Counted from the first letter of the stretch, positions 8,685-18,355 are shown. The stretch is 64,000 nucleotides of DNA from an uncultured Gammaproteobacteria bacterium (GCA_964559705.1 CAZLGV010000001.1:447322-511321), one strand, 5' to 3'. The notes: generated by a model not told the origin, from the letters alone. Numbers and translations are program-made.

Positions 8685-10883
8685 CTACTCAAGTTTAAGT
8701 TGATACAAAGCCCCAAATTTGTTATTACTCTCGAATATTTTGTTTCCAATCACCTCAAACTTGTCTTCTGATAAGTTTTTGTATTTTTCACGTTCTAATA
8801 ACGAGACAATCACGTATTTGACATTATATTTTTTAAGAAGAGCATAAGTTCGGGCCAAATCAGCAGATTGATAAATTGTTTCAATATCAGAAATTCTTCC
8901 TCCGACAACATCCGGTGATCCGCGCCATAGCCATTCGTGTACCCACCAGCCTGCAACAGTAGGGATCCCTGTGTAAGCGGAAATTCGATCGTAATCGGTA
9001 TAAGAATCACCTTGAGCTTCTAATATAACAGGCTGACTTTCAATGTTTGAATTAATGTATTCAATAATTTCTTTATCTTGAGAGAATCCATCCTGCATCC
9101 ACAAAGAACCATCTAATTGAACAGGCTTTTTCAGATTGCCGTAATAGGATGGAAAGGCGAAAAAAGGATAAAGAAATATAAGAAAAAATAAAGCCAGGAA
9201 AATAAATTTAAGAGGGTATTTTAGCTTTATTTTTATTAATGAAATTCTGTAAAAAGTGAAGGCAGACGCAATTCCCATCATTATGAAAGCCTGATAGCCT
9301 AGCTTGAACATAGTATTGGCTCTAAAATGAGCCGGATAAATGTCTTTGACATAAAAAAACTCCGGAATCACAAGTAGCAATGTTCCTATCCAGAAAATAA
9401 TCAATATAAAGTTATCGATAGGATTAGGATTTCGTCGTTTAACCATGACAAATAGAATGAAATTTACGAAGAAAAATCCCCAAAGCACAAAGAGCATCCA
9501 GAGAGGTGAAACCTGACAGTTACCTTGTTCAAAAATAAAAGGACCAAGTTTTTGTAGTCTGACCAAAAAATCCGGGCTACAATTTATCCCTATTCCAGAA
9601 ACAAAAGTTTTGAAGTTAAGTGTAAAGGGAAGAGAAAAAACAATGAAGAATATTATAGTTGAGAAGATTGTTATCAAGAAATTTAATGTTGGGCCAAGCA
9701 TATAAAAGAAGACTGCGGCAGTAAGAAGTAGATATATCGGACCGTCAAAAGCATTGGTCATGTAGTGGACTGCAATCATGAAGCCCAGGAATAAAGCGCT
9801 TAATATGAAATTTTTTGTCTCAATGGGAACCCTAATCCAACTCAAGTCCTTAGGTATCCCAAATCGCAAAAAATTTATATTTTCACGCTTTTTAACTCTG
9901 GGCGCTTTTATTATCACAACAAGCAAGATTGCGAGCGTCAGCAGGACAAACGGTATATCAAATACATGGCCGTGGAGGTCGGCGACGACATAAGAATAGG
10001 AGGGGAATTCATGGATAGTAAAGGGGATAAATCGTGTGGCATTTGGATACCAATATTTGGCTGGGTTAAATGTCGAGAGTATTTTCCAAAAGGGAATAGG
10101 GCTTTCGTTTGGATAACCCGTTGTGAAAAGATAAATAGTATGTAGATTGCCTCCCAGATTGACAATAAAGCTTCCAAGAAGACCAAAAAAGATCAGAGAT
10201 TTAAGAGATATGGCCTTTATCTTAAGAGCTATTTTTTTGAAGAGATGAACGAGATTTAGCGAAAGAGAGAAAGCCAAGGTTACGCCCTGAGCAAATATGG
10301 TAGCTAAAATCAGGTTATAACCAATTGTCGGTTTTATTGCCGAGAGCTTCATCAGAAAAGCTCCTGTCAGATGGCCAAAATAATAGTAATTAATTGGATA
10401 GCCTTGGGGATGAGAAGGATCAGCAGACAACCACATATCTAGGGGAGGAAAATATTTTGAGCGCAGGATTGAGTTCATGAATCCGAAATCCATGAATTTC
10501 TCAAGTCCGCGAATTGAAGGCTCTTGCCCGCGTATAAAGGCGAGGAAAAAAAGTGAAGCCAAAAAAAGAATTTCCTCAAGCAATATAATTTGACGGGTCC
10601 TGTCAGAGGATCCTTCCCGCGACGCCCTAAGTCGCAAAAAAATTGGTAAAGCAAATAATATAATCAGGACGATTAAGCTAGTTCGACTAAACGGAAGCAA
10701 TTTTAAGGTACCAAGAACAAATGCGGCATAACTTAAAACTAAAATAGCAATGGTTTTGCTGAAAGCATATCCTTGGTCAAAAAATGAGGAAAACAATTTT
10801 TTGGTAATTGGAAAGAAAAGAAGGCCTAAAACGAAAAGAATGAAATACCAATATAAGGTTGTCCAGACCCAATCCATAAGCAT
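8685..10883 (-). CDS. Large polytopic membrane protein, DUF2298 (Chlor_Arch_YYY) / GT-C-like
   Basis: More than 15 hydrophobic segments. Signature INYYYFGHLTGAF and a C-terminal soluble domain. The start could be M3 (10877). Confidence 0.75.
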   Translation of the reverse strand: MLMDWVWTTLYWYFILFVLGLLFFPITKKLFSSFFDQGYAFSKTIAILVLSYAAFVLGTLKLLPFSRTSLIVLIILFALPIFLRLRASREGSSDRTRQIILLEEILFLASLFFLAFIRGQEPSIRGLEKFMDFGFMNSILRSKYFPPLDMWLSADPSHPQGYPINYYYFGHLTGAFLMKLSAIKPTIGYNLILATIFAQGVTLAFSLSLNLVHLFKKIALKIKAISLKSLIFFGLLGSFIVNLGGNLHTIYLFTTGYPNESPIPFWKILSTFNPAKYWYPNATRFIPFTIHEFPSYSYVVADLHGHVFDIPFVLLTLAILLVVIIKAPRVKKRENINFLRFGIPKDLSWIRVPIETKNFILSALFLGFMIAVHYMTNAFDGPIYLLLTAAVFFYMLGPTLNFLITIFSTIIFFIVFSLPFTLNFKTFVSGIGINCSPDFLVRLQKLGPFIFEQGNCQVSPLWMLFVLWGFFFVNFILFVMVKRRNPNPIDNFILIIFWIGTLLLVIPEFFYVKDIYPAHFRANTMFKLGYQAFIMMGIASAFTFYRISLIKIKLKYPLKFIFLALFFLIFLYPFFAFPSYYGNLKKPVQLDGSLWMQDGFSQDKEIIEYINSNIESQPVILEAQGDSYTDYDRISAYTGIPTVAGWWVHEWLWRGSPDVVGGRISDIETIYQSADLARTYALLKKYNVKYVIVSLLEREKYKNLSEDKFEVIGNKIFESNNKFGALYQLKLE

Positions 10884-10900
10884 TAATTATATAGATTTCC

Positions 10901-10909
10901 TGCTATAAT
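10901..10909 (+). promoter_or_regulatory. Extended -10 promoter TGcTATAAT, 12 nt upstream of the valS ATG
   Basis: ccTGcTATAATttctttattttcATG; no SD. Confidence 0.5.
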
Positions 10910-10921
10910 TTCTTTATTTTC

Positions 10922-12997
10922 ATGGATAAGACTTATCAACCTTCAAAGTTTGAGACTGAAATCTATAACTTCTGGGAAAAAAAAGGGTTTACTAAGTTAA
11001 GTAAGAACAAGTCTTACACTATTTTGATGCCACCACCCAATGCAAATGCTTCTCTTCATGCAGGTCATGGCATGTATACAGTTGATGACATACTGATTCG
11101 TTATAAAAGACTTCAAGGATTTGCCAGCCTCTGGATACCTGGATTAGATCACGCAGGCTTCGAAACCCAGTATGTTTATGAGCAGTATCTCAAAAAACAG
11201 GGCAAATCGCGCTTTGATTTTGATAGAAAAACACTTTATGAAGATATTTTTAATTTTGTAAAGGAAAACTCAGGTCTTATCTTCAAACAATTTAGAAGAC
11301 TTGGTTTTTTGGCCGATTGGACAAGAAGTGTATATACCTTAGATAAACATGTAATAGAACGTGTTCACAAAACGTTTAAGCAGATGTGGGATGAGGGATT
11401 GGTTTATAGAAACGACTATATAGTAAACTATTGTATCCATTGTGGTACATCTCTTTCAGAGCTGGAAACTGAATACATTGAGAGAAAAGACCCCCTTTAT
11501 TATCTAAAATATGGCCCGTTTATTTTGGCAACAGTACGACCAGAAACTAAATTTGGCGATACTGCAGTTGCCGTTAATCCAGACGATAAACGTTATAAGA
11601 AATGGATAGGTAAAGAAATCGAAGTAGAAGGTTTAATTGATCAATTTAGGTTAAAGGTCATCGCTGATAAAGCGGTTGATCCAGAGTTTGGGACAGGGGT
11701 AGTCAAAGTTACTCCAGCACACGATCCTAACGATTTTGAAATAGCTAGGCGGCATAATCTTAAGTTAAAAAAAATCATTAATCTTGATGGACGACTCAAT
11801 GAAGCCACTGGGCCATATAGGGGACTAACGATTAAAAAGGCACGAAAAATAATTGTTGAAGACCTGCAGAAGAAAGGCTTAATTGAGAAAATTAATAAAA
11901 ACTACGAGCATTCTGTTGCCGTTTGCTACAGATGCAGAAATGATCTTGAGCCTACGGTTATTCCTAATTGGTTTATTCAAGTAAGCGAATTAAAAAAACC
12001 AGTTATTGAAGTAGTTAAAAAGGAAAAAGTAAAGTTTTATCCCAAAAAATTCAAAAAACAAATGCTTGCTTGGTTGGAGCAGATGCATGACTGGCCAATT
12101 TCAAGACAAATAGTTTGGGGTATTCGAATTCCTGCTTGGCAGTGCAAAAATTGCCAAGAGTGGACCGTAACAGCCGGAGTTACACCGCGGGGGTGTAACA
12201 AATGCGGCAGTAGTGAGTTGGTTCAGGACGAAGACACGTTTGATACCTGGTTTTCTTCAGGTCAATGGCCGCTGGTTACCTTAAAAAAAGAAGAATATAA
12301 GACTCGTTTTCCAACTGATCTGATGGGAACACTTTCAGATATTCTTAAACTCTGGGTTTCGAGAATGATTATGTTTTCCTTGTATATTAAGGATGAAGTT
12401 CCATTTAAAGATGTTTTCTTATGGTCTCTAGTAGCTGATGCAAAAGGCGTCAAAATGAGCAAAAGCAAAGGCAATGTAATCAATCCTATTGATTTGGTTG
12501 ACAAGTATGGAGCAGATGCCTTCAGAACTACATTATTTTTTGGTCTTTCTCAAGCAGGTAAAGTTAATCTCTCGGAAGATAAGGTCAGGGGAATGAGAAA
12601 TTTTACCAATAAGGTATGGAACATAGGACGATTCATTTATATGAATAGACAAGTTAAAAGTGAAAAATTAAAAGTGAAAAATTACAATTCAAAATTAAAA
12701 AATTTAATCAAAGAATTTGAAGAAGAGAAAAAGGACTATTTCAAATATATGGATAGTTATCAATTTTCTAGGGCTTTTGATTTGGTTTATGAATTTTTGT
12801 GGCATAGATTTGCGGATTTTTATGTCGAGGAGTTGAAAGAAGAGCTAAAAAATGGTAGGATTGAAGCTTATACGGTTTTGGAGCAAGTATATCTAGAGAA
12901 TCTAAAATTCCTGCATCCATTCATGCCGTTTACAACAGAAGCAGTTTGGAAAATATTTAAAGGTCAAAACGAATCTATTCTAAATTCTAAATTTTAA
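10922..12997 (+). CDS. valS: Valyl-tRNA synthetase (short form, lacks the C-terminal coiled coil)
   Basis: PPPNANASLHAGH (HIGH region), KMSKSKGN, DTWFSS, and Cys clusters CIHCG/CYRC. Confidence 0.85.
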   Translation: MDKTYQPSKFETEIYNFWEKKGFTKLSKNKSYTILMPPPNANASLHAGHGMYTVDDILIRYKRLQGFASLWIPGLDHAGFETQYVYEQYLKKQGKSRFDFDRKTLYEDIFNFVKENSGLIFKQFRRLGFLADWTRSVYTLDKHVIERVHKTFKQMWDEGLVYRNDYIVNYCIHCGTSLSELETEYIERKDPLYYLKYGPFILATVRPETKFGDTAVAVNPDDKRYKKWIGKEIEVEGLIDQFRLKVIADKAVDPEFGTGVVKVTPAHDPNDFEIARRHNLKLKKIINLDGRLNEATGPYRGLTIKKARKIIVEDLQKKGLIEKINKNYEHSVAVCYRCRNDLEPTVIPNWFIQVSELKKPVIEVVKKEKVKFYPKKFKKQMLAWLEQMHDWPISRQIVWGIRIPAWQCKNCQEWTVTAGVTPRGCNKCGSSELVQDEDTFDTWFSSGQWPLVTLKKEEYKTRFPTDLMGTLSDILKLWVSRMIMFSLYIKDEVPFKDVFLWSLVADAKGVKMSKSKGNVINPIDLVDKYGADAFRTTLFFGLSQAGKVNLSEDKVRGMRNFTNKVWNIGRFIYMNRQVKSEKLKVKNYNSKLKNLIKEFEEEKKDYFKYMDSYQFSRAFDLVYEFLWHRFADFYVEELKEELKNGRIEAYTVLEQVYLENLKFLHPFMPFTTEAVWKIFKGQNESILNSKF

Positions 12998-13000
12998 ATT

Positions 13001-13138
13001 ATGCCAAAGAGAACCTATCAGCCCAAAAAATTAAAAAGAAAAAGAAAACACGGCTTTAGAAAGAGAATGAAAAATAAAGGAGGACAAAAAGTAGTTAAAA
13101 GAAGAAGACTAAAAGGAAGAAAAAAACTTTCAATTTAA
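13001..13138 (+). CDS. rpmH: 50S ribosomal protein L34
   Basis: Not in the ORF track (45 aa). Hand translation gives [45 protein letters not shown]. Confidence 0.9.
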   Translation: MPKRTYQPKKLKRKRKHGFRKRMKNKGGQKVVKRRRLKGRKKLSI

Positions 13139-13139
13139 G

Positions 13140-13943
13140 ATGCTTAATCCTAACTTTTTTAACACGGTTTTCGTTTTTCCCATTCTTAATTTATTGGTAT
13201 TATTCTACAGTCTCTTTGTCTTCTTGAAAATTCCTGGCGCTTTCGGTTTTGCCATAATAGGCTTGACTGTTCTTGTTCGTTTTCTTCTGCAGCCTTTTTT
13301 TCATCAACAGATGAAAACAGCAAAAAAGATGCAAGAGTTGAAACCTCATCTTGATCGATTAAGCGAAAAACACAAAAGCGACAAAAAAACACTCCAACAA
13401 GAACAAATGAAACTCTATAAACAAGCTGGAATTAATCCAGCCTCGGGCTGTTTATTTATGATAATTCAAATACCGATTTTCATAGCTTTATATAACACCC
13501 TGTCCCTTTTTTTACGAAATGGCAACATGGCCAAAGTTATTGTGGAAATAAACAAGGCTTTGTATTTCTCATTTCTAAAAATAACTACTATTGATCCTTG
13601 GTTTTTCGGATTTAATCTGGCCCTGACTCCTCAAAAAGCCGGCCTTTGGTATTATTATCTGATTCCTGTTCTAACAGCATTCTTACAATATTATCAGGTC
13701 CGAGTTTCAACTCCACAAACACCAACTCCAACCCCGGAGGTTAAAGAGAAAAAAGATTCGTCTGGCGATTTCCAAAAAGCCATGAATACCCAAATGAAGT
13801 TTTTCTTTCCTGTTTTGATTGGTTGGTTTTCTTACAGCTTACCGGTCGGACTTTCTCTTTATTGGAATATATTTTCGATCTTCAGTATAATACAGTACAG
13901 ACAACTAAAAGCTAAAGGCGCAAATGTAAAAACAAATGGATAA
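13140..13943 (+). CDS. yidC: Membrane protein insertase YidC/Oxa1 family
   Basis: Canonical position after rpmH; five TM segments; motifs LQPFFHQQMKTAKKMQELKP and LYKQAGINP. Confidence 0.85.
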   Translation: MLNPNFFNTVFVFPILNLLVLFYSLFVFLKIPGAFGFAIIGLTVLVRFLLQPFFHQQMKTAKKMQELKPHLDRLSEKHKSDKKTLQQEQMKLYKQAGINPASGCLFMIIQIPIFIALYNTLSLFLRNGNMAKVIVEINKALYFSFLKITTIDPWFFGFNLALTPQKAGLWYYYLIPVLTAFLQYYQVRVSTPQTPTPTPEVKEKKDSSGDFQKAMNTQMKFFFPVLIGWFSYSLPVGLSLYWNIFSIFSIIQYRQLKAKGANVKTNG

Positions 13944-14424
13944 AGTTAAGCTCATTCAGACTGAAGCGGAAGACCTTCTTAAAAAAATTATTGGCAAGCC
14001 AGAACTCGAAGTAAGCGAAGATAGTGGTGTTTATCATATTGTGATCAAGACAGAGGATGACGCTCCTGTTGTTATCGGTCGTCACGGAGAAACAATAAAA
14101 GCAATTCAAAAGATTCTCGAAGTCGTTCTTTATAAAAAACTTGGCGAGTCAGTTGAGATTTTGGTCAATGTTAATGATTATCGAGAAAAACAAAAGGAAA
14201 GACTGGAGCAGCTGGCAGATAAATTTGCCCAAAAAACTAAAGACTTAAGGAACTCTTCTTATATAAAAGGACTTTCATCTTATGAGCGAAAATTGGTGCA
14301 TGAGTATATAGTTGCGAATTATCCCGAGTTGACATCATATTCAACAGGCGAAGGCAAAGACAGACGCCTAGTTATTGACCTTAAGGAAAATGCACCCCAA
14401 ACTGCAGACGAAAACTCTGAGTAA
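13936..14424 (+). CDS. jag: Jag/KhpB-like KH + R3H RNA-binding protein
   Basis: KH-like VVIGRHGETIKAIQ and R3H-like LSSYERKLVHEYI. Canonical position after yidC. Confidence 0.75.
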   Translation: MDKVKLIQTEAEDLLKKIIGKPELEVSEDSGVYHIVIKTEDDAPVVIGRHGETIKAIQKILEVVLYKKLGESVEILVNVNDYREKQKERLEQLADKFAQKTKDLRNSSYIKGLSSYERKLVHEYIVANYPELTSYSTGEGKDRRLVIDLKENAPQTADENSE

Positions 14425-14610
14425 GTTCTTAATAATTTTTTTACCTGCGATCATTGTCTTTGATTTGATTTATTACTTTTATACCCGTTCCTCTTGCTTA
14501 AACTGCGGTGGTGTGGTAGAATTCTTCAAAACTTCATCATTATCTACTTTCATAATTTACAGTAGTCTAAAGAACTTCAAAAAATAAACCCAATCTTGAT
14601 AAAAGTTTGA

Positions 14611-14619
14611 TGCTATACT
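14611..14619 (+). promoter_or_regulatory. Extended -10 promoter TGcTATACT, 6 nt upstream of the giant ORF ATG
   Basis: gaTGcTATACTgaaaatATGgcc; no SD. Confidence 0.5.
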
Positions 14620-14625
14620 GAAAAT

Positions 14626-17600
14626 ATGGCCGACGGACTTAATGAAACGCCACGACAGGGCGATAGCGAATACAGAGCCGCTCGTGAGCCGGATGCGGTA
14701 AGAGAGGCAGTGGAGGAGGTTGACAGAAGAATTGAAGAAACAGAAGCTAATCCACAGCAAAGAGAACGATTGGAACAAGAACTAAGAGATGAATTGACCC
14801 GGCTTGAGGCTTTGGCAATTGAGGTCGGAGCTGCAGCAGAAAGAAATGTACAGGCTCCTGGGACTGTGCCGGAAAATAAAAAAGAAGAGGCGCAGAAGAT
14901 ACAAGTTTCTGTTGCCAAAGTACTACGGGCAGTTGAAAAAGGAGTGATCAAGCCGCCTGAAAAATCACAAGCAGTACTTTCTCGTTTAGCCAGACAAGAC
15001 CTCAGTGCCCAAGCTTCAACCAGTCTTTATAATTTTGTTACAAAATATCTAAGAGAAGATATTGCAGTTTCTCAACCTGGTCAATCCCAGACAAGTTTTG
15101 AGCAGGCACTTGACACTTTAAGAGCCAGAGACCCTGGTGCAGCAGCAGCAGTCAGGAGCGCTTTAATTGCTGAGGCGGCAACACTTGGACTTACTTCAGA
15201 GCAAGCTAGCCAAAAATTTGCGGGCGAAGTTAGAGAACAACCAGCAGAAACAAGGACCAGACCGCAAACCATGGTCGAAACCTTACGCCAGAGAGGAGTG
15301 GATATTCCGGAAGATGTCTTTGCCGAAGATTATTATGAGCGAGGAATGGTCAGGGAGTTTTTTAAAGAACCACAAGATTATAGAGTATGGCGTGCGCTTT
15401 TGAATATCGAAGACACAGTTGACCCGCAAACAGGGAGAGTTACTGATAGAGGCTTCAGAAGCTATGTGAATGAAACCAGAGAAGAAATAAGTGCAAAATA
15501 TCCAGGTGATGAACAAAAAATCCGTAAAGAAACCAGTGAGAAAATTACTCGTGATGTTGTTCGGCTATTTACCAGACTTTATGAAACCTTGGATAATCAA
15601 CATCCGGAAAAACTATATGAGGAGATTGAGAGAGAAGGTTATTCTGCCTCGATTGAGGTAGCCAAAGGAATTTTTGCCAGAAGACTAATCAGGCTAACCA
15701 ACAGTCTAGTATCTGATGAAAACTATGAGCAGTGGAAAAACTTTTTCTATAGAGAAGTTTCAATAGCAGACGTAAATGTCAGAGAGGTTCAGAAACAATT
15801 CCCAGATAAAAAAGAGCCGCTTACCCAATATGTTATTGAGGGAAAGGTAGTTCCTCTTCTTGATATAGAAATGTCTGACGCGCCAGATTTCATAAGAAGT
15901 ATACTGGTTCATGTCCGAACAACTGAAGGATTGATGAAATATACCCATAATGTCAATGCGCTTTTTCACCGCAGAGGATCCGCAGATCAGGGCTTTTGGG
16001 GCCAAATTGCTAAATATTCAGAGGAGTTTACTACAGGTTCTATTGACGAGCTGATGGTTCTGCCTGACGGCTGGTTGATCATGGAGGCACACAATTTATA
16101 TCGAAAATATCTTGAAGAAGAGCTTGTCAAGTCGAACTGGATGCATCAGCCACAGTTACTTACTGCCAGACGAGGAAATTTCGTTAATGAAATACAAAGA
16201 ATGGTTTTTGAGGATCTTAAGAGAATGTATGCTTCGGAATTTGGCGATACTCCTGATGAACAGCGTAAAGAAGAGTGGAGGGTGAGAAGAGCAGTTGGAG
16301 TTGCTCTTGGTTTATCCAGAGGAGTATTTTTGAGTGAGGTGGAACCGGCTGCCTGGGCAGATCCATTACTTGATCCTCTTACCGGCGACCCGACACACAT
16401 AAGCTATGGTACCAACGAAGCAGATCCTTATACAGCTTTTAATCCTCAACATCATTTTTTGCGCTGGCAACATGAGACTCATAAAAAAGGAGCCCTACTT
16501 TTTGCCCTGACCAATTTTGACCGAAAAAAACACCGTTTTTGGGATCACTACAAGGCTTTTGAGGAAATGAAGAAGTATCGTGAGACTTTTTATAGAGGAT
16601 CAGATTGGTTGAGAAGAAAAGATCCTGATGAACGCAGATTCTATGAGATTTTGCCTGGTTTAACCCGAGTCGGAAGCCTGCTTTTTAGAGGAGCTTGGAG
16701 ACTGAATGCGTATGACTATTGGATGGTCAAATATCCAGGAGTTGAAGGCACTGGTTCTCTGGCTGGTCAAAAAGACTTATTGAGTTGCTTTAAGGCTTTG
16801 GAAAATATTGGTTATGATGTCACATTCCATTTTAGCGAGGGTGACATTTTGGGCAATTGGAATTTTTTATTAGATAAAGATCCCGCAGTTGCAGCCGAAC
16901 GCCAAAAGCTTTTTGAATATGTTTACAACAAATATATACGCGATCCGCAGGGCAGAACTGGACAGTCCTTGGATGATTATTTACGCCAGATTCGACCAAG
17001 AGTAGAAGAGAAAGTAGATCGACTTATCAAGAGAGGAGATCTGGATAAAAGTGCGCGCCAAGACTGGATTATTGTTGAATCATATAAAACTTTAATGTAT
17101 AGGGGGTTAGCAGGACTGCTTCTGCAGCATGTGCCAACCAAACTTATCAAACTTGAGAGAAACAGACTAGCTGAAGATGGTGTGCGAGCCTGGGATAAAG
17201 TTAGGCAGCGCTTAGGCTGGGGAAATACGGCGGAAGGACTTACCAGAATGGACGTTGCCATGCGAAATCTTTCCATGGTTGAGAGTTTACTGCGAAGAAA
17301 GATGAGTAAGGCGATGAGGGAACACGTCGAGAGACAAGGCATGCGAAAATCACTCCACGACTTTGATTCCCAGACCAACAGGTTTGTGGTCACAGAGGAT
17401 TTAATCAGAGAAGAGTTGGCCAGAATGGGTATAGAGAGCGCTGATGTAATATCACTTTTTAGAACTATACACAATTTTGTTTTGGAAGGAAATCTTACAG
17501 AAACATTTATTGATAAATTTGCTGGCAAGTTGATAAAGAATGAGAAGATTAGAGTAGGCTATGACAGCCAAGGCCGCGGTGAAGACATAAACGAATTTAG

Positions 17601-18324
17601 AGATTTCTTTCCGATGCAGATTGGAAATGACGATATAGATAATACATTTCTTAACTGGAGTAACACCGGAGCTGGAGCTCTTAACCGAGCCGTCAGAGAG
17701 GTGGCCGAGGCAGAAATGCAGGTTTTCACACCCCTAAAAGAATTGTGGGACGCCTTGCCACAGGTGGCTATTGACCCCAATCGAGATATTTCGCCTTTGA
17801 TCAAGCCTCTTAAAGTTATGCATGAGCACCTACAGTCTATTCATGACAAATTATATGCTATAAAAGTCATGGACCAGGTGGCCTCTGGAATAATTGCTTA
17901 TTTTAGAAAAGATACCATTGCCAAAGTTTTTCCTTTCAGATTTGCCAGATTTGGTAAAGTTAACTCTATTGCCGCAGAGTTGGTTGGACCGTTTAAGGGA
18001 GTTTGGGAATGGGAGGCAAAAGATATCCACAATTTTCTGGTTGAACTGCAAAGGCAGGAACTTGTTCCGCACTATCCACGAGAGCTTTGGCAAAAAGCTC
18101 CGGATGTAAAAGCTCGACCCAGACTTTTTGGTCTGTTTAGACCTAGAGTTGAATATCATCCAGCTACCAAATACTATGCCCGAAATCTGGCAGATCGGGC
18201 TGGTGCACGCTGGTGGCACCTTGGCTGGGAATACATTAATAAATATTTGCCATTGATAATTGGCTATCTTCTCTGGCAAGCTTTATCTAAGGCATTTAAA
18301 GAAGAGTATGAAGGACAGAGATAA
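14626..18324 (+). CDS. 1232-aa orphan protein, apparently tail-anchored, no recognised domain
   Basis: Single uninterrupted ORF. Acidic/Ala-rich N-terminus and a single hydrophobic helix YLPLIIGYLLWQALSKAF about 10 aa from the C-terminus. I found no Walker A or HExxH and only one Cys. Confidence 0.7.
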   Translation: MADGLNETPRQGDSEYRAAREPDAVREAVEEVDRRIEETEANPQQRERLEQELRDELTRLEALAIEVGAAAERNVQAPGTVPENKKEEAQKIQVSVAKVLRAVEKGVIKPPEKSQAVLSRLARQDLSAQASTSLYNFVTKYLREDIAVSQPGQSQTSFEQALDTLRARDPGAAAAVRSALIAEAATLGLTSEQASQKFAGEVREQPAETRTRPQTMVETLRQRGVDIPEDVFAEDYYERGMVREFFKEPQDYRVWRALLNIEDTVDPQTGRVTDRGFRSYVNETREEISAKYPGDEQKIRKETSEKITRDVVRLFTRLYETLDNQHPEKLYEEIEREGYSASIEVAKGIFARRLIRLTNSLVSDENYEQWKNFFYREVSIADVNVREVQKQFPDKKEPLTQYVIEGKVVPLLDIEMSDAPDFIRSILVHVRTTEGLMKYTHNVNALFHRRGSADQGFWGQIAKYSEEFTTGSIDELMVLPDGWLIMEAHNLYRKYLEEELVKSNWMHQPQLLTARRGNFVNEIQRMVFEDLKRMYASEFGDTPDEQRKEEWRVRRAVGVALGLSRGVFLSEVEPAAWADPLLDPLTGDPTHISYGTNEADPYTAFNPQHHFLRWQHETHKKGALLFALTNFDRKKHRFWDHYKAFEEMKKYRETFYRGSDWLRRKDPDERRFYEILPGLTRVGSLLFRGAWRLNAYDYWMVKYPGVEGTGSLAGQKDLLSCFKALENIGYDVTFHFSEGDILGNWNFLLDKDPAVAAERQKLFEYVYNKYIRDPQGRTGQSLDDYLRQIRPRVEEKVDRLIKRGDLDKSARQDWIIVESYKTLMYRGLAGLLLQHVPTKLIKLERNRLAEDGVRAWDKVRQRLGWGNTAEGLTRMDVAMRNLSMVESLLRRKMSKAMREHVERQGMRKSLHDFDSQTNRFVVTEDLIREELARMGIESADVISLFRTIHNFVLEGNLTETFIDKFAGKLIKNEKIRVGYDSQGRGEDINEFRDFFPMQIGNDDIDNTFLNWSNTGAGALNRAVREVAEAEMQVFTPLKELWDALPQVAIDPNRDISPLIKPLKVMHEHLQSIHDKLYAIKVMDQVASGIIAYFRKDTIAKVFPFRFARFGKVNSIAAELVGPFKGVWEWEAKDIHNFLVELQRQELVPHYPRELWQKAPDVKARPRLFGLFRPRVEYHPATKYYARNLADRAGARWWHLGWEYINKYLPLIIGYLLWQALSKAFKEEYEGQR

Positions 18325-18340
18325 AATAGATTATTAATTT

Positions 18341-18349
18341 TGGTATGAT
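18341..18349 (+). promoter_or_regulatory. Extended -10 promoter TGgTATGAT, 6 nt upstream of ATG 18356
   Basis: ttTGgTATGATcaagatATG. Confidence 0.45.
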
Positions 18350-18355
18350 CAAGAT

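Noticed and set aside
8810-10186. Short overlapping ORFs (8810-9010, 9778-9993, 9938-10186) within the DUF2298 gene, and similar short ORFs inside rpoB, rpoC, clp, dnaG and GT genes.
   Set aside because: They are nested in alternative frames of long, motif-supported genes, with no independent signals.
14375-14587. A 70-aa ORF between jag and the giant ORF (one hydrophobic segment, CxxC).
   Set aside because: Its first 50 nt overlap jag, there is no promoter or SD, and no similarity is recognised. It may be a small membrane protein, but the evidence is insufficient to call it.
12998-14625. A replication origin near rpmH-yidC-jag.
   Set aside because: There is no dnaA or dnaN and no cluster of TTATCCACA-like boxes. 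Isolated one-mismatch hits (for example 56917-56925 and 57938-57946) are scattered and mostly intragenic.
14613-18279. Eight or more antisense and overlapping ORFs (for example 16977-17528, 183 aa; 17851-18279, 142 aa; 14613-14951) inside the giant ORF.
   Set aside because: All lie within, and mostly opposite to, one uninterrupted 3.7-kb frame. Their low-complexity Ser/Leu/Ala-rich translations are what the antisense of a Glu/Arg/Ala-rich, G+C-richer gene produces. I treat them as a compositional side effect, not genes.
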